A stretch of DNA of 64,000 nucleotides, from positions 2,418,001 to 2,482,000 of the forward strand of contig CM039004.1 in assembly GCA_017499595.2 (NCBI GenBank), written 5' to 3'. A program made the position numbers and the translations under genes. Every line of letters begins with the position of its first letter. Positions within the stretch are counted from its first letter, which is position 1. Positions 41,586-52,988 of the stretch are shown in pieces. The DNA comes from Psilocybe cubensis (Eukaryota). The notes beneath the pieces were generated by a model, which did no database searches, was not told the DNA's origin, and worked only from the letters and a program-made list of their open reading frames with translations.

Positions 41586-44500
41586 GTAGTACGTCCTCGC
41601 CGCTTCTGTACAACAACCCTGTAATTACTCCCAAATTGCATGTTGCATTGTCTCCAAAATCCGTACCTCTGCCCGTGTTACCTGTTTACGCGACCCCTCA
41701 ACCTTCATTATCCAATTCTGTATTGACTCCTGACAAGCCCTCTTCTTCAACAACATCACCCAACTCCGACTACCCGACACCAACACTCCTGCCCGCGCAC
41801 CCACAACCTCCAACTATGGCACCCGATTGCATTCCATATTCAGACCTCTTTTTATCCTGTCCTGAGGATGATCCACCAGAGCTGCAAGCCCCAGATGCCT
41901 CTGATGATTCGGATGAAGATTCGCCAACCAAGCCTGCTCAACAAACCTCCGCCCACGATGATGCATCTGTCTCTATGACACACGATGCAAGTCCACCACC
42001 GGCCCCACGCGACTCTCTACTTTGCAGCCCGCCCGTCGCTGACCACACAGACTGCCCGCCTTCAATCCCTACACCTGTCCGCACCGTCCTGTGCAACTTG
42101 CGCCGATTACGCAGCACGCCTTGGCGAACCGAGAGCCTGCTCAAATCCTGGGCCCCAAAGGAGCGTTGGGACGACATTGACGATGATCTGATTGCTGCTC
42201 TTTGCGATCTCCCCTGGACCGACGCCGCCAAAGTCCTCCAGCAGCTCAAGAAGCCCCGCGACTACATCTCCCGCATGGGGAGTAAATGCCTTGACATTCC
42301 AATGTCGGCTGCACCCCCAGGCTCGACCTCTTTGGTGTCGCTGAAAGCGCTCTTAGACAGCGGTGCCACTGGTTGTTACGTGCACTCCGATTTTGTCAAA
42401 CTCAATGGATGGGTGACTGAGCGGCTGCCCCACCCCGTTAGCGTTTACAATGCAGACGGAACTCGCAATGCCAACGGTGCTATCACAGATGTTGTTTACC
42501 TTGTCATCCGCATTGAAAACCATGTTGAGCGACTCCGCCTTTCAGTCACCAACACGGGATCATCTTCCCTCATCCTCGGGCACTCCTGGCTCTGGTTCCA
42601 TAATCCGCTTGTTGACTGGCGAGAGGCCAAGCTCTGCTTTGCACGCTGCCCCACGTCCTGTGGTGCTGACGTGCTGCCGACTTCGCACCCTGATGGCGAA
42701 ACCGTGAATGTTTGCCGCGAAGGACCCCAGCTCCGTGAAGACGACATCTTTGATGACAGCCCGGGCCCCTTCACGCCGGTCTCTGCTGCGGAATGGGCTG
42801 ACGCCTTTGCTGGTGAACTTGCCGATGGTGAATCGATGTGCGCGGTTGACCTCAATGAGTTCACGTCCGAACAAGTCCATGGCTCATGCGACCACCGCAT
42901 TTCTCACTTTTTGCGAACTCAACGTGAAGCAGCTTCATATCCCGACCGCTACCTGAAGGAATTTGCACCTGTTTTCTCCAAAGAGGAGTTTGACGAGCTC
43001 CCACCCCGTCGCCCATGGGATCATGCTATTAACCTGAAACCAGATGCAAAGTCGTTCAAAGCAAAGCCGTACCGTCTGTCGCCCGCTGAAACCTCGAAGG
43101 TCAAGGAATGGATAGAAGAGGAAAAACGCACTGGCCGTATACGGGACTCCATCTCTCCCTATGCCGCCCCTTTCTTCTTCATCCAGAAAAAGGATGGCTC
43201 ACTGCGCCCTGTGCAAGACTACCGACGCCTGAACGATATCACGATCAAGAACCGCTATCCATTGCCGCTCATCTCTGACCTCATGGACAAGCTTAAAGGC
43301 GCGAAAGTATTCACCAAACTTGACGTCCGCTGGGGTTTCAATAACATTCGTATCAGGGAAGGCGATGAGCACAAGGCTGCCTTTATCACGGAGTTTGGAC
43401 TTTTTGAGCCTCTTGTAATGTTCTTTGGATTGACAAACTCACCAGCTACCTTCCAGAATATGATGAACGATCTGTTCAAGGATCTCATTGCTGGCGGCCA
43501 TGTCGTGATATATATGGATGACATCCTCATCTTCACTGATGATGTCCAGTCCCATCGACATCTTGTCCGCAATGTCTTGCAGATTCTGGAGGACAACAAG
43601 CTTTATCTGCGGCCAGAAAAGTGCTGTTTTGAGCAGGACCGTGTGGAATACTTGGGCGTCATTGTCGGCCACGGGAAAATGTCCATGGATCCCAAGAAAG
43701 TTGACGCTATCACCTCTTGGCCAATCCCGCGCTGTCGTAAGGACGTCCAACAGTTCCTCGGTTTCGTCAACTTCTACCGTAGGTTTATCAAGAACTTCTC
43801 CCGCATTGCCGCTCCCCTGCATGCCCTGGGTGGTTCGGCGCCTTGGGTATGGGACAATTTGTCAACATCCGCCTTCAACGAGCTCAAATCCGCCTGCGCT
43901 TCACACCCGGTGCTACTTCTTCCCCGCGACGGTGCCCCATTCCGCATAGAGGCAGACAGCTCTGGATACGCAACCGGCGCGGTGCTCAGCCAATTTGTTG
44001 ACAATTCCTGGCAACCGGTCGCGTTTGCTTCAAAAGCCCTCAGTCCCGTTGAGCGCAACTACGAGATACATGACCGCGAACTACTGTCAATCATGAGGTC
44101 TCTCGATGACTGGCGACGCTACCTCCACGGCTCCGATTCTCCTGTTGAGATCCACACCGATCACAAGAACCTTCAGTATTTCATGACCGCTCAGAAATTG
44201 AACCGTCGTCAGGCTCGCTGGTCCCTGCAGCTCGCTGAATTCGATTTCGTACTCGTCCACAAGCCAGGCCCGACCATGATCTGCGCAGACTCGTTGTCCC
44301 GCCGCCCCGACTACGATAAAGGTGTTGGCGACAACGAAAACGTCACCTTACTGCGCCCAGAACACATTCGACGTACTGCTGAATGCTCAATTGGGGATGA
44401 CCCCGTCCTGGCTGACATTCGAACTCACCAGCACCAAATCACTGAAATGTGGGAAAAGCACAAGAACCTGCCTGGCTGGTCCCTCCACGACGGCTTGCTT

Positions 44501-45826
44501 TCATGGCATAACCGAATCTTTGTGCCAAACAAAGGCAACTTGCGTCAACGAATACTCGCCGACTGTCATGATCACCAATCCGTAGGCCACCCTGGCCGGA
44601 TGAAGACCATGGAACTCGTCCTGCGCGACTATTGGTGGCCGTCACTATCAAAAGACGCGAAGCGTTACGTTGATGGATGCCCCACCTGTCAATCAACTAA
44701 GCCTCTGAGGATGGCGCCCGCGGGCCTACTGACCCCCAACGAAATCCCTTCCTCCAATTGGGAGATCATTTCCTGTGATCTCATCGTGGACTTACCTAAA
44801 TCTCGCGGCTTCGATTCGATCTTTGTCGTCGTCGATAGACTCTCAAAAATGGTTCGTATCATCCCATGCAAAAAGTCAATCACTTCTGAGGGTCTCGCGC
44901 GCCTCTTCCGCGACCATGTCTGGAAAGACTTCGGACTGCCACGACGCATCATCTCCGACCGTGGTTCAATCTTCCTGTCAAACTTTACTCGGGCCCTCAA
45001 CGACCTGCTAGGCATTTCACAGAACGCGTCCACCGCATTTCGACCTCAAACAGACGGACAAACTGAGCGCGTCAATCAAGAAATCGAACAATACCTACGG
45101 ATCTTTGTGAATAACAGGCAAAATGATTGGGTGGAATGGCTTGCATGCGCCGAATTTGCTATCAACAATAAGATTCACTCGTCCACTGGCTTCTCGCCCT
45201 TCTTCCTAAACTATGGCTCCAACCCCCGCCGAACCCTGCAACCCGCACGCCTCTCGGACGACCGTGTCCCCAAAGCTCTTGAATTCGCCTCTCAAATGGA
45301 TTCCCTCGCGAAGGAATCCGCTTCAGCGCTAAACCTCGCCGCTGATGCAATGAAGCGATCCTATGACACCTCTCACCGCGCTCCACCCGTCTTCAATGTT
45401 GGCGACATGGTGATGCTCAGCGCCTCCGACATCAAGTCCTCACGTCCGTCTAAAAAGCTCGATGTTAAGCGTCACGGACCTTTTCCTGTGACGAAACGCG
45501 TTGGCATCCAGTCTTACACCCTCGACCTACCGGCCTCGTGGTCGATCCACCCTACTTTCCATGTCTCTAAACTCTCCCGTTTCATACCAGCAGAATTCGA
45601 TTCCCAAACTTCACCCGCGACACCAACACCTCCCCCCGCGTTACCACCCCCAGACATTGCAAGTGTGCTCGGCCACAGGGCCCTGCGCAGTGGAACACAG
45701 TTCCTCGTGCTGCTCGATGGCTGCACAGAGGAAGACGCTTCGTGGTCAAGCCACTCATCCTTCCCTAACTCTGAAGTACTAAACAATTACATACGCCTCC
45801 ACAACATCCCGGACGCCCACCTTTAA
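41558..45826 (+). CDS. pol: Pol (protease, RT, RNase H, integrase, degenerate chromodomain) in -1 frame to gag
   Basis: LLDSGAT protease; KLDVRWGF / MFFGLTNSPATFQ / YMDD RT; ADSSGYATGAVL, NYEIHDRELL RNase H; H..GHPG..CPTC, SCDL, SDRG, QTDGQTER integrase; GPF motif. Frame opens at 41558. Confidence 0.96.
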   Translation, partial: FGFCFLRRVSSTSSPLLYNNPVITPKLHVALSPKSVPLPVLPVYATPQPSLSNSVLTPDKPSSSTTSPNSDYPTPTLLPAHPQPPTMAPDCIPYSDLFLSCPEDDPPELQAPDASDDSDEDSPTKPAQQTSAHDDASVSMTHDASPPPAPRDSLLCSPPVADHTDCPPSIPTPVRTVLCNLRRLRSTPWRTESLLKSWAPKERWDDIDDDLIAALCDLPWTDAAKVLQQLKKPRDYISRMGSKCLDIPMSAAPPGSTSLVSLKALLDSGATGCYVHSDFVKLNGWVTERLPHPVSVYNADGTRNANGAITDVVYLVIRIENHVERLRLSVTNTGSSSLILGHSWLWFHNPLVDWREAKLCFARCPTSCGADVLPTSHPDGETVNVCREGPQLREDDIFDDSPGPFTPVSAAEWADAFAGELADGESMCAVDLNEFTSEQVHGSCDHRISHFLRTQREAASYPDRYLKEFAPVFSKEEFDELPPRRPWDHAINLKPDAKSFKAKPYRLSPAETSKVKEWIEEEKRTGRIRDSISPYAAPFFFIQKKDGSLRPVQDYRRLNDITIKNRYPLPLISDLMDKLKGAKVFTKLDVRWGFNNIRIREGDEHKAAFITEFGLFEPLVMFFGLTNSPATFQNMMNDLFKDLIAGGHVVIYMDDILIFTDDVQSHRHLVRNVLQILEDNKLYLRPEKCCFEQDRVEYLGVIVGHGKMSMDPKKVDAITSWPIPRCRKDVQQFLGFVNFYRRFIKNFSRIAAPLHALGGSAPWVWDNLSTSAFNELKSACASHPVLLLPRDGAPFRIEADSSGYATGAVLSQFVDNSWQPVAFASKALSPVERNYEIHDRELLSIMRSLDDWRRYLHGSDSPVEIHTDHKNLQYFMTAQKLNRRQARWSLQLAEFDFVLVHKPGPTMICADSLSRRPDYDKGVGDNENVTLLRPEHIRRTAECSIGDDPVLADIRTHQHQITEMWEKHKNLPGWSLHDGLLSWHNRIFVPNKGNLRQRILADCHDHQSVGHPGRMKTMELVLRDYWWPSLSKDAKRYVDGCPTCQSTKPLRMAPAGLLTPNEIPSSNWEIISCDLIVDLPKSRGFDSIFVVVDRLSKMVRIIPCKKSITSEGLARLFRDHVWKDFGLPRRIISDRGSIFLSNFTRALNDLLGISQNASTAFRPQTDGQTERVNQEIEQYLRIFVNNRQNDWVEWLACAEFAINNKIHSSTGFSPFFLNYGSNPRRTLQPARLSDDRVPKALEFASQMDSLAKESASALNLAADAMKRSYDTSHRAPPVFNVGDMVMLSASDIKSSRPSKKLDVKRHGPFPVTKRVGIQSYTLDLPASWSIHPTFHVSKLSRFIPAEFDSQTSPATPTPPPALPPPDIASVLGHRALRSGTQFLVLLDGCTEEDASWSSHSSFPNSEVLNNYIRLHNIPDAHL

Positions 45827-45837
45827 GAGGGGGGTGA

Positions 45838-46010
45838 TGTTAGAGTTCCCTCTAACGTAGACACACACACGTGCCTGTAGTCACATATCACACAGTATTT
45901 GTAGACACACCCGTAGCTACGTAGCCTCAGTTCCTTCTTTGTTAGCACACCCAACACGTTCTGGTCCTTCGTCTCTCTCTCCCGCCTCGTCTCCGGGTCT
46001 CCTCCTAACA
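45838..46010 (+). repeat. 3' LTR
   Basis: Follows the polypurine tract; followed by TSD GTCGG. Confidence 0.97.
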
Positions 46011-48989
46011 GTCGGACTTGCGCGTGTTGTTGATGGTGGTGCTGTTGCTGTGGGTTATTGGTGTGGGTTATTGGTGTGGGTTGCTGGTGTGGGTTGCTGT
46101 TGCTGGTGCCTGTGCCATTGGCGGGTGGGAAGTGGGAAGCGGGGGATTATGGGTTATGGGTTAGGGATTGAAGAACATTTTTCTTTGGAGGATTTTGGCG
46201 AGTCGGGGCGAAATCGAAATCGAAATCGAAATCAAGTTCGGTTTTCAATGGATGGAGAGGAGCACGATTTGGGACGCGGCACACCTACCTACCCAACCGG
46301 CCAACCAACCGACCGAGCGACCGACTGACCGAGCGAACGACTGACTGAGCGAACGACCGAGCGACTAAATGGACGAGCTGTCTATAAGAATTCGAGATGG
46401 CGCGGGTCGCAGCGACCGAGAATTGGGCACGTCGCGCGGTTTAGCGCGCACGCGCACTCGCACACGAGATAGGCGATTCGAAATGTGCGTGTGCGTGAAG
46501 GGCCCTTAGCGCTCTGAGGTGTTTCGGGCGCAGAATACGAAGGGCAAAGGCAAAGAGCAATGGCAATCAAAGACAAAGACAAAGACAGAGCGAAGACGAA
46601 GCGGAGGCTCGGAGAAGCAGCCCATGGGCCATAGCCCAAGGTTTCAAATTTCATTATTCAATTATAGACCAATCAACAATCAATTATAATATTTTACAGT
46701 GGCGGCTTGTGTTATGGTTATGTATGTACTTTTCTTATATTAATAATGGGTGTGTAATGCGTGTAATTATGTGTGTGGGTGGGATGTGTATAGATCTTTA
46801 ATATCTCTTAATATCTTTTTGCGATGTTTTCTTGTGGTTTTCTTAAAATGGGTCGGATAATGCGCTGCGCGACGCCACAGATGTGTTGCGAGGGTTTGCG
46901 AGTGCGCGCGCGCGGGGTGACGTCGCTTGTCAGCTTTGTGGGTTGCGCCGGGGGTATGCGTATGTGCTTTTGTTTCGGTATTTTGGCTGGGACTGGGAGC
47001 CTGGGACGACGACGAACTTGGTTTCAGCGGTTTAAATGTTTAACAGTGTGGCTATCCCATTGAACAAGAGTAACCGTGCTAGTAACCGAAACGTACGGAT
47101 AAACCAATGTTTGGAGGAGGGGAGGGGCTATTCCTGCCGCGAGGGACTTTCTTTAGAAACCCCACACAATCACACAATCGCAATCGCAATGCAACCCCCC
47201 CCCCTCCCCCTCAGACGTCGACGCGCCATCAGCCACCTTGACCAGTTGTTCTCATTGTCATTCTGTAGCGCTGCTGGCCCTGCCGACTGCGGTGCAGATA
47301 TAATGATGGCTTGGTTTCTTCTTATGTGCAATTCACTTATAACTTCCCTTGTCCTCGAGTAATACTGAGTACTACTCTCCCCGTTTGTCTTGGGGTTCGC
47401 TTTGTACTGCTACTTGTGTTGTGGCTTTTATATGCGGCGGCGGCCCTCGCTGTAGGTTGAAGCTTGAAGCTTGAAGTGTTATAGAATGGAGCTGGGAGAT
47501 GCTGCGTCGCAAGCGCAGACTATTAATGCTTTGAAAGGGCTGAGCTTGGCACTACGCGCAGCAATCATTTTTAGATTGTCACAAATGTTGAAAAAATTTG
47601 ATGGAGAATAATGACTGGATTATTTCCGCAAAAGCGTCTAAAAAAGAGTCGAAGAAATTAAAATTAGGCAATATCTTTACAAGAACGGTAAATTTGATGA
47701 CACATATGTACTTTACCAACTGAATAAAATTGACATTTTGTATTAAACTTTGGTATATGAACAATAAATAATGCCCGACGATCATATATTTTATTTTTGA
47801 TAATTCATTTTTGCCTCTGCCAAAAACAATAAAACAATCAAAATAGGTCAATCTTTTTGTCATTTCCGGACAGGAGTTATCAAAATAAAAATGTTTGAAT
47901 ATCAAAAAATAATAAACAGGTACCTGCCAGGTACCGTGGCAGTACTGGTCAAGTACAGCACGTACCAGTCCTTTACGCGTCCTGGCTTTTGATCCATTCT
48001 AGATACCAAAACCTCACACGTGACTCTGATCAAAGCTTTTGATTCAAGGACGGCCATGGCCATTGCCAGGTGCCATATGTTCCAGTAAGTCGCGTTAATT
48101 GACCTAACCACCACTGTAGACAAGCTCCATGATCTGACAGCTACAATCCAGTAGTCACAACGATCAGTTGGGATGACGATTATGGAGACGAAGGTCGGAT
48201 TACAGGAGAAAAACGTGGGCCCGTACATGTATTCCACAGCCTGGGACGGCGACATTGCAGATGCCACATTTTTATCACTCCATTATTTTCAATGAACAGA
48301 TCACTGATTGCACTTGTTCTTCTTCTGACAGCTGTCTATATCTCTAAGAAGTAAACTTTCCGTGACTTCTGTCTTCTACCCTGTATCCTCGGGTCTCTGG
48401 TCCTGTCCATATGCTAGCATTGTTTCAAAAATGTAGCTATATTCCATTACAATCAATGTACCACCAACATCTGTTTGATTTCACTCGGCTGCCCTTGGAA
48501 TTTTGTTTCTTCCTGCAAGTAGATGAAGCCCAGTTTTAAGAGACTCCATACCAGCCCAGCGGAAGACACCCGAGAATCTTCCCTGTCCTACACAAGTCGT
48601 TCACAGCGCACGCAGTTGTGCTACGGACGACTTGTTTTCAAGCATCCGGCTCGCTGATTAGCTCCTGTGCGACCAAAAAGTACGGGTTGTATGGCGATTT
48701 TGCTTGTGACATGTCATGCTCCCGCATCGGCAACACAGCCATGCCATTGACCTTTGATTTCTCGGTGAGCTCTGGCGAGGGCCCGTACCCATTTGACATT
48801 CCGAATGATCTGAGAATACTTCGGCAAAAATATACGTATGGGATTTACATTATAATGTTGTAATTGTGTCGGACTCCTGAAAATAACCAAACGTGGTACG
48901 TATATTTAGGTAGCCCGAGGGAATACACTGTTGTAACATATCATAACTCTATCAGCCAGTATAATTAGAAGTTTGAAGGTAGGGTATGC

Positions 48990-50342
48990 TTGTTGATGAG
49001 CAATGCAACGCTGAGCGTTGATTCAACGCCCGCATTTGCATTAAATTTAAGGTACATTGTCATGCCATTCGCGGAAGGCTTTGACTCCATTTGGTCGCTG
49101 AGTCAGAAACCAACTTCGAACAACACAGAAGTCGTGAGTCTCTACCTTTCCACCATCAGTATGAGCGGGTTCGGGGACCCAAAGGGATGGATAATGTCCA
49201 TGTCAACAAGCCCTGTGACTTTGACCCTTCCTTATTCTACGACAGCGCTTTACGACGACGATCGAGGTCAAGGACGTCCCCCAATCCGGCCATTGGAGCA
49301 TAGCAGCTCCCAACCTTTGTCCTTAGAGCCTCTGAGGCCAGCGAGGGACTCAGCATCTTTCCGATGGCACAGCAGTACACCTATACCCACTCCAGCTTCT
49401 TCATCCGGGTCCATTAGCCCCGTTTCTTCCTCACGGCCAAACTTTCTTCCATCCTCACAACAGCTTAATGGCACAGGTTCAAAGCAACCGTTGCGGAAAG
49501 CCAGTTCAAAGCGGCTTAATGGCACGGGGTGTTCGGCGCGTCCCGTAATACCAAGGGTTATTGTCGCATCGTACAACCCCAATCCGTGGCCCATCAACGT
49601 AGGGCGTTCACAACGACAGACAGAGAGTTTTTCTCCGCGACGCAACGCAGATGCCACACCAAGACCTACCGCCCCAGCAACTAACGATGTTTACCCTTCA
49701 TCTCCGCAGTTTCATATGTCTGCGCCTCAGCCACCAACAACGTCTTCTCCGTGACACAACGATGCAGAGTCATTCCCAAGACCCGCCATCCCGGAGTTGT
49801 CCTACCCGTCAGCCTCTTCACCGCAACTGCCAGTCGCCGGCGCCTATACTACTCCAGTCGTTCCAATGCAGCCGGCAACCTCTGAATCTTCAGAAGCTCC
49901 CTCGAACACAATCGCGGTTCCTCATCAGCAGGAGAGACCATTGAAGCGCAAACGCTGCTCTTCTACTGATGGTCATGCGCGGATCTACCCAAATGAAAAC
50001 CAGAGAGCGGCCGAGAGTCCCAACCCCTCTTCAATGGGGCTTCAAGAAGAATCTTTGAACTGTTCAGCGCCAACATCATCTGAGAGGTCCCCATTGTCTG
50101 GTATTGTCCCTTCTGAATCGCTCAATCGCATTGCCACGTTGGAAAGGGCCCTTAAGGTCATTTCCACTGAAGTTGCTTCTACTGGGATTCTTAGGTCCCT
50201 TTTTTTTGCGCCATGGGGTTCAGAGGGGGGTAATCAAAAAGGTGCTGACAATGCAAACAACAGTGTGTGCACTAACGAAGCAACTGATGGTGTGTGTCCC
50301 CTCTATTCACGTCCAATCTCAACCATCTCACTGTACCTCTAG
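48990..50342 (+). pseudogene. Ser/Pro-rich protein gene interrupted by one in-frame TGA
   Basis: ORFs 48990-49754 and 49797-50342 share a frame and are separated only by TGA 49752-49754; PLKRKR NLS-like motif. Confidence 0.5.
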
Positions 50343-50847
50343 CTCTAATGGGACTTCATACCCATGGCCCACCAACCTGTACCTGCTGCAAGATAATCTC
50401 AGCATTGCGCTCACTGGTGCAGGATGATATCCATGTTACATGACAGTGTTCACCTGGCCCCGAACCGCCGTAAAAATCCATTGTTTACCATCAATTTTAT
50501 TATTCCCTCCTCGTAATGTTTTGCACCTTGCTTTCACACCTCAAGTTCTTGTACTTTCTTGCTTTTGTCAAGTCCTTCCTTGTCTATATATCCGATATCT
50601 TCTCCGCCATTACCATGTTGACCACAAAGAACTGGTCCAACAAATGTTCCTCAAGTGTCCAGGACGTCGAGGGCTGTTTCTTTATTCCATTCAACACAGG
50701 TAAATGGCTGTTTGTCAGCTGTATCATCGTGGCCTATACATTTTCTTATATACACGTCCACACTTTAAATACAGTCGCACACATATGTATGTGATATATA
50801 TATATTGGATTATACACAGACACGCATGAACCAGGGGAAGGGTATTA

Positions 50848-51083
50848 TGGTCGTCCGTTATGGTTGCCGTGTTGCACACTTGGCCAGACGTTCCTGAGAG
50901 AAAATTAGGGTCCCGTAATGCTATCATCACATTTTTACGACATCCCTTTCATTGAAAGTCGTGGCTGGTCGTCCGTTATGGTTGCCGTGTTGCACACTTG
51001 GCCAGACGTTCCTGAGAGAAAATTAGGGTCCCGTAATGCTATCATCACATTTTTACGACATCCCTTTCATTGAAAGTCGTGGC
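50848..51083. repeat. Perfect 118-bp tandem duplication
   Basis: tggtcgtccgttatgg...gaaagtcgtggc at 50848-50965 and 50966-51083. Confidence 0.95.
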
Positions 51084-51915
51084 TTTGACATTGAATAAGT
51101 GACTGTTTGTAATTTTATTACACGAAGTCAAGAGAAAACTCTACACAAAAGAAACTTGTACAATTTCTTGCCAGGTGGTCACCCAGCCGTACATGACGCA
51201 ATGTCTGGCGGCTGGTTCGAAGATGCTAGTTGTTTTCTTGTTCAAGCCGCTTTCACTTCTTTGCTGTCCTCGTTATTCTCCATATTACCTGTTCATCTCT
51301 GGGATATTTCTTCTTTTTTGTGCTTATATCATCATGTTCAGTCCCCATTTGCAGCTGTTCATTTGGAAGTTCTGGCCTTTGAAGAAATCATTCTATTTCC
51401 AGCTTCATTGTTTACTACGCAATCAAATGGATTTAACTGGAGTTGTATCGGTTGCCACGGCCGCGTGCAGCATATTAACATATCCCCTTCTCGTTGAGCT
51501 TCGCAGGCTTGAGCGATGTTGTCTGTAGCTTGTTGGAGCCCGGGCTCTCTTGAAGTTCCTTCTTTTTGCGCTCGATGCCGATGGGACTTTGACGGTGCGT
51601 GTACAATACAGACTCGGGCGATATTAACGCCAAACGAGATTGTGGGGGAAACAAGACCTAGTGCACATTCTCCTCAAATTCCGCATTCCGGCACATTCCA
51701 ATCGCTTCCTCTCTTCTAGGGCTTCCTTTTACGCAAACTAAGAATACTCCAGGTAGCACCAATAAAGGGAGCTCCCATCAAACATTCCCCAATTTGATTC
51801 TGTTGACAGAATAATGCAGACTGCATGCCTAGCTGTGACTGCCGACGGCACGGTGTTAGTTTACCGAGACTTAAGACCCTTATATTCGACATAAGTCGGT
51901 ATTTGCTACGAAAAC

Positions 51916-52534
51916 ATGTCCTCAGCTATGCCGTCAAGCTATGAGCTTAACACCATATTTCCACTCCCTACACGCCCGCCTGCCGCCAATCCCTTTTGCA
52001 AAATTGTTGTCGGTGAAACTTTCGACTCCGAAGACATTTCCCCGATGGCAGGGCTAGCCACATCTTGTCAGCAAACAGCCGTCATTGTGGCACGACACAA
52101 TTTAATAGCTAGGCCTAAAGGGCAGGCTGGGTGCCCAAGTAGGGGTGGATATAACTTGCAGGAAGTTCTAGGATGGCCTCCATCCGTTTATACAGAGGTC
52201 CAGGTATGAGCATTGCCCTGTGACTTCTGCCAACCGGGTGCTCATAAAGAAGTTCAAAAGGTTTTTATTCAGGAAAGCGCAAGATCGTATATTAGAAACA
52301 ATTCTTTAAGGCAAGGCAGAACGATCACGCAACAACCAAACGATGTCGTCAAGCTTATCTTGGAGGAGGTGGGTGGTCTTCATTTGTGAGTTTGACGATC
52401 TCAGAATAGTTAACCCGTTCAGTCAGGCACGTAATAAATTTGAGCATTTGGCGAGATATGAGAACAATTGGCCTTGCATGGACATGCTAAAGACTTTTCT
52501 CTCCAACGCTTCCACTGGGAGACGTGGTGCATGA
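51916..52534 (+). CDS. Uncharacterised small protein with an Agaricomycete-type helical domain (3 exons)
   Basis: IARPKGQAGCPSRGGYNLQEVLGW..YTEVQ-VFIQESARSY..ITQQ..-ARNKFEHLARYENNWPCMDML; two short canonical introns keep the frame. Confidence 0.6.
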
Positions 52535-52988
52535 GACTGTGATTAGAATCTTCTCTATTTTCTATATACAATAAGGATCACGAGCATATGATGTCCCAGA
52601 GCGCTTTGTGTTCTATCTGATCTTGACCGTCATTGTGTCGAAATAGGTCAGGTAGTCTCTTAAATTAGTAATGCTCGCCATCCATTTGAAATCTATGCGG
52701 GTTTATGATGCCTTGGACGCCTTCAGTTGGACGCCTTGGTCTTGGCGTGATATATGCGCACTCCGCCACAGGAGGCCACAGGGCGGAGATGATGTACTTA
52801 ACCGATGAAATAAGTGGGTAACCTTGTCCAGTAATCTTTATTGTTTTTCCTGATCAATTGTTCTATCTATGTATATATGTGCGGAGACCCATTCAAATGA
52901 TTTCGGCTACTCCCGCTCAAACCCTCGTTCACCGCAAAAGACAAAATAGCTTTCTAGCAGCTGTTGAAGCGCACATCTTGAAGTGAAA

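Larger units (their letters stand above)
39584..46010 (+). mobile_element. Intact Ty3/Gypsy (chromovirus-type, Tf1/sushi-like) LTR retrotransposon
   Basis: 173-bp LTRs TGTTAG...CTAACA; 5-bp TSD GTCGG (39579-39583, 46011-46015); polypurine tract AAGAGGGGGG 45825-45834; gag and pol uninterrupted, domain order PR-RT-RH-IN. Confidence 0.98.

Noticed and set aside
41625-45786. Antisense ORFs inside pol
   Set aside because: Short shadow ORFs of the long pol frame with no motifs.
39461-46328. DUF6533 gene continuing past TGA 39458-39460 and splicing over the retrotransposon
   Set aside because: The in-frame text after the stop and the similar phrase near 46260 are short; there is no solid splice or homology support.
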